DNA from: Catajapyx aquilonaris
Taxonomy: Eukaryota
Direction: 5' to 3'
Length of the DNA: 45,711 nucleotides
Assembly: GCA_000934665.2 (NCBI GenBank)
Contig: JYFJ02000128.1
Location: 124,001 to 169,711, forward strand
Both the position numbers and the translations under genes were made by a program. The notes below the pieces were generated by a model. It did not search any database, was not told the origin of the DNA, and worked only from the letters and a program-made list of their open reading frames with translations. Position 1 is the first letter of the stretch. Each line of letters starts with the position of its first letter. Of this stretch, positions 39,479-45,711 are shown piece by piece.

Positions 39479-39645
39479 TTTTTGGGACATCCCAAGTGTG
39501 TGGTGGCAGCTGGCGACAGTGACCGCAGGGACAGGCAGCGCCCTGGCCCTCCTGGTGGCGGTCACAGCACTCTGCGCCTGCTGCATAACATACGTCATCC
39601 ACACCGGCAGTGCCCGAGTGGCCGGCGCCCTCCAGTTAGTCGCAG
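39479..39645 (+). CDS. LHFPL6: LHFPL6-like coding exon 3 (gene incomplete at 3' end)
   Basis: ttccccag acceptor completes a Ser codon; FWDIPSVWWQLATVTAGTGSALALLVAVTALCACCITYVIHTGSARVAGALQLVA; CAG|GTAAAA donor, phase 1. The expected YPxGW exon was not found downstream. Confidence 0.93.
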
Positions 39646-42600
39646 GTAAAAATCGCCTTTATCTTTATCCCAGCACATTATTGTGTGGTGTAGGGCCCCA
39701 GGGGCAGGAAAAGGGCCTGGGGGATTCCGCTATCTTGGCTGCACCGTGCTTTTCGAGTGCATCGATAAATCATCCCACTGGAACCTCCGGATTCGATAGC
39801 AGTGGCTGGATGGCCGGGAAACAGTTAACGTGGTGGATGGTTTTAAACGCGACCTGTCAGATGGGTGGCCTGGGATGTATCAGGCCCTACCCGTCGAGTG
39901 GGTTATCTAACGGTCAGGATGAGGGACTATTTGTGGAGCGAGCCGTTATCGCCTCGATAGACCAACACATGCAAGTTCATTGGTTGGTTTCATGTCCAAT
40001 GTCCAACGAAGCTTGATGAAGGCTTGAATAAATAGAATATGTATTTATTATACTTTTTCCCAACCCGTAGCCCTGAAAAGCACTAAAGTTTAGTTCGTGC
40101 TTCTGTTACAGTCTCGGACCTCTCCGAACTTATGCATATTTTAGAGTCACGCTGCGTCGCCCCCTTATTTGTGTCAGATGCAGGACCATTTGCTTTCACG
40201 GGCACAAAACACGGATAAACAGGAGCCGCTCACCTCGGGTGGTCCACTTAGTTTCGACTCACCACATTATATCAATGTTCCAGCACGAGAAACAATCTGA
40301 ATAATTCATGAAATCTCTAGCTAGCATCTGCACTTGATTCCTGCCCAAGCTTCCCATCGGCATAGGACTTCACTGTTAGTAAAACATGACACTTAACTTC
40401 CCCTCAGATTATCCTCTTTGAGGGTCGAATCACCATCTCCGGCCTCATAATAGTGGGGAATTTCCTCAGTAATCAATCAAAAATCTGAAAGGTGGTTTGG
40501 GAATCCAAGGTGAGCAGAGAGTTACGCCCCCCTTATTTCCCTTCAAAAAAATACATAAAAAGTAATCTCCGCGCTCGTACCGTACCTTATAGCTTATACG
40601 ATACAATTAGAGCCTTTATCGTATCGTCCAGTCAACCCGACTCGGAGATAAGACCAGCAGTAGATCATTCCGACGTTTTATCGCGCAGTAAAACGTCACA
40701 ATGCGGTAAATTTTGTGTCGTGAGCTCAGGTATTTATACCATCAGGAAATACCTGATTGCTGCACAATTTACGGAAGAGTTTAAAGAATTGAATTTTGAG
40801 GCGCGGCAGGTTCTCTGGAGGTGCCGGTACCGTTACTCTCCGGAAAAAGGTGGGGTCGACCATGTCCTCTTCCCATCTCCCTCACGCAAACCCATCAAAC
40901 AACCCCCTTCATCCATCTGAATGCTGATAGATCCGTAGTAATTCGAGCTAATCTCTCGCGTCACAGGCCTTAATAAGCTTATGGGTTATCCCCTCGAAGG
41001 CCCAGAGGAAAGGGAGGGTAAAAAAAGAAGGCAGGAAAAATTTATCAAATTCCACGGGATGGCCCATCTGGTCTTGGCAGATAAGGGGGGACGTTCCTTT
41101 GTGGAAAAGATGAAGTGGAAGCCAGCAGATCCAACCCCCTTTTCCTCTATTTCTATATATGGCATAGCCTTGTGTTTTCCTGCGTTTGTCATCGGTTTTG
41201 TCCTCTCTAGAGACGAAAATTTTAGGGGGGTTTTAGGCCAACGCGCGTGCCAATATTGTGATGGGAGAGAGTGTCTCACATGCACCCACTCCAATTTCCG
41301 AATTCACTTGGCGGCTCCTTCACTCGCGCCCTGTTGATTTTGACAACATAAGTGAGCGATCGCTTCCTACAGAGCCTCTCTTGGAATTCCTGATGCTTCT
41401 CTACCACATTTTATGAGAGGCTGCAGCTACATGGGAATTAGTTGCCACCATGAGGTGGCGTCGTAATGGATTTTTTTTTTCCTTGGAGGGTTAAAAGACA
41501 TGACATCGTTTCCAAAATGGCTTATTGGTTCGATCTTTCAAGCCTCGCGCCATCTGGATGGACGCGTTGAAACTAAGGGCGCCGCCCAGCCGCAGAGGAA
41601 ATTGAGTAAAAGAAAGAAAATGCGCTGGGAATTGGCTCATTACTTGGATGACCCCCGGGGTGCTGGTCACCCCTGGCAAGATAATAAAGCCCCAGGGATA
41701 GTGGGTTAAACTCTTTGACGATGGGGAGTTGAAAGGAAGCTTAATCAGAAGAGACGCACCCTCAGGACATGGGCGCCATTTGCAAAAGACGGCGCAAATT
41801 CAGGAAGTCTAAAACCTCTTTTCGTTTGTAAATAAAATGCACCACCTGTGTCTGACACTGTGTCTCTTGCTCCCTTACTTCCGCTTGCCAAATGGAAGAT
41901 AAAATGAGAGCTTGCAAACTTTTGCAGCCGGTCTACTCAATGTTGTTCTTTTGTGAACAAAAGGAATTGCTCCGTAGCAGGGTCCCAGGCTTTAAATTAG
42001 GCATATCATTACGTTACATAAACATTTGTGCAGCGCTGAAGTCAAAGGAGCAAATTATATCCTTGCATATTGTTTTACTTGGAAGTAATGCCTCTCCTTT
42101 CTTCGCGAATCTGAGCAAACTCTCAAAAGACAAATGAAGAGGAATGGAGTTTCGAGCTACGATAATACTTCATTTGTCACGTGCCCACTTGATTTAGACG
42201 GTTCTTTACTGAGACGGGGAATGAAAAAGTCCTCTTCTACAGTTAAGATGTTCCAGATGAGGAGAAATGGAGCGGGCGAAAACTTGGCCATTATAAACCT
42301 TCCCCGCCACTTAGGCACCAAATCAAATCTCTCTTCTTATCCCTTACAAACCTTGATAGATATACGCATAGCTCATTTTTCCTCATTAGAAGTTTCCTGT
42401 CTCCTCCCAACGTCGGCCACCAGGGAATTATCGGAAACCATTCGTCAGTTAACGTCTTCTCCCATCAACAAAGAAAGACCAGAGTCTCCAAAGCACGGTC
42501 TTTTCTCGCCAAGGGCTTGCTTAGTTTCTTTTGGGTCGATGTGGGACCAGTCATTACCCAAGTCCCATCAGAATTTGGGGAGGCCCTTTCCTATCCTTTT

Positions 42601-45600
42601 TATACACCCCCTCCATTGCTCGAGGCCCACCCAACCCCCCAACAAACGCGCAATCCAAGCCCTGCGGCTTCGTTAGGGGGCAAGAGAGAAACTTTCAATG
42701 TCCAATTTGGCCCGGAAACGTGTATTATCAGGGAATGAAAAATGAGTCGTTTTTTGGAGTTTTTGGCAAGGAACCATTTGAGAAGTTTAGATATAAAAGG
42801 TATTAGAGGAAACTTTAATGGCAACTTGTTAAACTTGTTCATGGCGGAGGGAAACATTTTCTTTAGACCAATCGTGCCTTGCCATTAACATCTTTTCCTA
42901 AATTTTTAATGACAATCGCAACTTGTTTTAAAAATAATGTTGTATAGCATGAGATGCTTGGCTGGGGATTTGCAAAGATACGGTCGTTAACGGATCAAAT
43001 ATCAGCCAATTTGAGATTCGTAGAATTGCTAATTACACTTTTCGTGTAAGAATATTCAAGTACTATATGCAGAGAATTCATTGAACTTTTTCATATCACG
43101 TGCAGGGGATTTATTGCACACTGAAATATGTATACCGTATAATACATCATCTGCAATTGCGTCTGATGAAGAAATTGTCTAATTATTAGGGACGATGGAG
43201 TAGGCTAATAAGAAATACGGGTAGGTATTAAATAATTAATAAGAGATATTTGTTGTTGCTTGTTTGTTTCTAGGTGGAAAAATATGAGAACATTCCACAA
43301 GGTACAACCCGGTTTCACAAGCTGCGAAAAATGGGCTTAATAATTAATGTTTTTATAACTTTTGTTGGTCTGACAAAATATGTTTCCCACAAACTTTCTA
43401 GACCTAAAGTTGCTTTTTATTAGCATAAAAATGTGTTTCTACTAACTTTGGTGAGACGTTTTATAATTTCTTTTTGCCTGAGCTTGTAGAAGGCTTTGAA
43501 GTGGATTTCTCGTTTCTCTCTCATAAAGGAGAGCTAGAAAAATAATACGAAAAAATATAGGTTTCTCATAGTGCCAATTTTACATTTTTGATGGAGCAAT
43601 GAGAGTAATAAAATATATGATGCACCTTGCACCTGATTTGGACTGCCACATTTCAACTATTTCAGTAACCCTCAGTACCCTCAATATTAGTGAAGTGGTG
43701 TATAAATCAATTTAATTGGATGTAATCCGAGGACCCTTGTACATGCCGTTAGTACGGGTTTATCATAATCGCACATCCAATTCCCCCAATAAATGCCTGC
43801 CATTAGCGGATACAGAATAAGCCCGAGCCTCACTGCTAGCCTACAAAATAGGTTGCCATTAGCCTACATCTCCAGTCCCATAATGACTCCTACTACACTC
43901 TGGCCAGAAATTGGACCGTCTCTATACACCGTATTATCTTTCACACGCCCACCATAAATATAAAACCAGCTATAAAATAAATGGCATTCCCCAAAACCCA
44001 CCCCCAGTTTCCAATATGCATAGACATCTCCTCCCAAAAAAAAAAAAAAAAGTCGTATGATGGTGAGAAGGGAAGCCCTCCAAAAGTGTCCTGAGATAAG
44101 TTGTTCCGCACCCCTTTGTCACGTAGCTGGCAGCTAGTTTTGGCATTAATCTACCTTTTCCTGGGCACGTCTCGGCAGTCAAGGCGCAGTAAACGACTCG
44201 TATACACCCGCACTTTTCCAGCTCCTTTACGAGGGGAGACGCGCCTTTGCCATTCTTCTTCCTTTTTGGAACCCCCTTATAGCTTGGCCCTCTTCGATCT
44301 GATGCTTGAGGAAATAACGAGTCTGAAGGAGGATCTACGGGTGTCACAAAAATTTCCGTGACAGGTTTTCGTGCAATTTTTTTTTTGGTGGGTGTGCGTG
44401 GGAGAGGACGATAGTTGGGCGAGTGTGGGTCGTTATTTTTCAATTAATTTTTGTGGCGGTTGTCTAACCTATCATTACGGCCAGTTAGGCTTGATAGAAT
44501 GGGAGATGTCACTATCATGGAGTTTGGATGTGCAGGGGCCTTTCGCACTTTTTACAGCACATTTGTGATTGCCAGGGTTGATAGATGACGTCGCATGTGC
44601 CGAGTTCGATTGGTGGAGGTACTGCATGTTCTGGGTTTGAGATGGAATTCGTGACGTGTCGTTTATCTAAAATGGCTGTCATTGATACGTATGTGTAATC
44701 TATTGGTTGGCCACGATATTTGGAACTTAGGACACATTGCCTTTATTTTTCTTAGCGCACATTAACTACTATCCAGTGTTTATTTTTGTGAATGTGGGTA
44801 AACGTTTGGAAGCCACAGTTATATTAGTTTCATTTTCCCATTAATTAGACTTCTTCCCACATTACAATCCGCACGGGGAAAATAAATTGAGTAGGTCATT
44901 ATCAAACCAGGCTATATAGTACGTATATTTAAAAAAAAAACACGGACTTAAGATCAATATTTGCAAATACGGCTATACCGTTAGGTGTAATGAATTGCAT
45001 GTTTTACACTTGTGACAGTGCACTGATGTGTAGAGTTTAAGCAACATTTGCCTAATTATTTTATTATTATAGAACTGAAATATGTTAGATTTTAGGATAA
45101 TAGTTGAAAAATCCGATTTTTAAAGAGAGATTTCGAGAATCTGGGCATACTATTTATGGCACACTATAAGCATAAAAATCTGCAGTGAGTTAGAACTATA
45201 AACGATAGTGGCAGACTATTGGTATTTGGGTATGTCGTAAAGTGAACGTACTTCGGCGCCAGTGGGAATTTGGGCTATACCCAAGGGAATAATAGACTTC
45301 GCGCTATTATGCGAGCCGATATGGCGATGAATGATATACGCACTGGTTAGATAGGCACCACTGGGGTTATATCAACGCGTGGCATTAAAAATATAAAGTT
45401 TGATTTTACACCATCTCCTCGCCATAGCGTCATAACTCCAAAAAGCTATTATACTGGCAGCTCTAAAATTGATTCCAAACTGGGGCGTATCAAAACTGAC
45501 CAAGAGCACTTGATTTATATGAATCACTAAACTACTGCAGCTAAGTCGTGAAAAATAAATGTTTATAAAATATATATGATCTGGCAGCTGCTTTTCCGGA

Positions 45601-45615
45601 TTACTGTAATATAAC

Positions 45616-45711
45616 TACGAGGGCTGATCAAAAAAGACTGAGACTTATTTTTTAATAAATATTGCTTTGAATCTTCACTTTTGAAATTGATATATTTGAA
45701 AACGGCGGGCT
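45616..45711. mobile_element. Possible mariner-like terminal inverted repeat; element would continue past the window edge
   Basis: TA followed by CGAGGGCTGATCAAAAAAGACTGAGACT resembles TACGAGGG-type mariner ends. The partner TIR is not visible. Confidence 0.5.

Noticed and set aside
39646..40016. 3' extension of the 172-aa ORF 39498..40016
   Set aside because: LHFP similarity stops at the CAG|GTAAAA donor; the remainder is intron read-through.
3772..43170. Several CTGATGA motifs examined as hammerhead ribozyme cores
   Set aside because: None of those examined is followed by a stem II and GAAA with supporting stems.
43274..43301. 28-nt mini-exon-like segment (ttctag|...AAG|GTACAA)
   Set aside because: Introduces a stop after four codons and lacks the YPxGW motif; weak donor and no supporting evidence.
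40492..44443. Longer intronic ORFs (142, 118, 180 and 157 aa)
   Set aside because: No recognisable domains or coherent splice structure; consistent with chance ORFs.
1..45711. Prokaryotic systems (CRISPR array, operon, defence island)
   Set aside because: The sequence is intron-containing eukaryotic DNA; no regularly spaced repeats or dense ORFs were seen.

Overview
Eukaryotic (animal, most likely arthropod/insect) genomic DNA with three spliced protein-coding genes; most other ORFs in the track look like noise. (1) FTCD, formimidoyltransferase-cyclodeaminase, + strand, 7 coding exons, join(6419..6472,7048..7746,7833..8029,8089..8227,8290..8451,8737..8919,8980..9162), 538 aa, with a non-canonical GC-AG last intron. 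(2) SDF4/Cab45, a CREC-family EF-hand Ca2+-binding protein, - strand, convergent with FTCD, 4 coding exons, complement(join(10928..11316,11552..11818,11880..12019,12336..12664)), 374 aa ending in HDEF. (3) LHFPL6/LHFP-like tetraspan, + strand, divergent from SDF4, with three coding exons (18437..18538, 30749..30864, 39479..39645) separated by 12.2 kb and 8.6 kb introns; its 3' part probably lies beyond the window. Non-coding observations include a short retroposon insertion with a 16-bp target-site duplication, a candidate bidirectional promoter with a hairpin near 15.1 kb, an intronic pre-miRNA-sized hairpin, a mariner-like end at the right edge and a recurring GTAGGCTA octamer. I found no convincing evidence of a new multi-gene system. 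Exon boundaries and family calls were made by eye from recalled homologue sequences, not from database searches.
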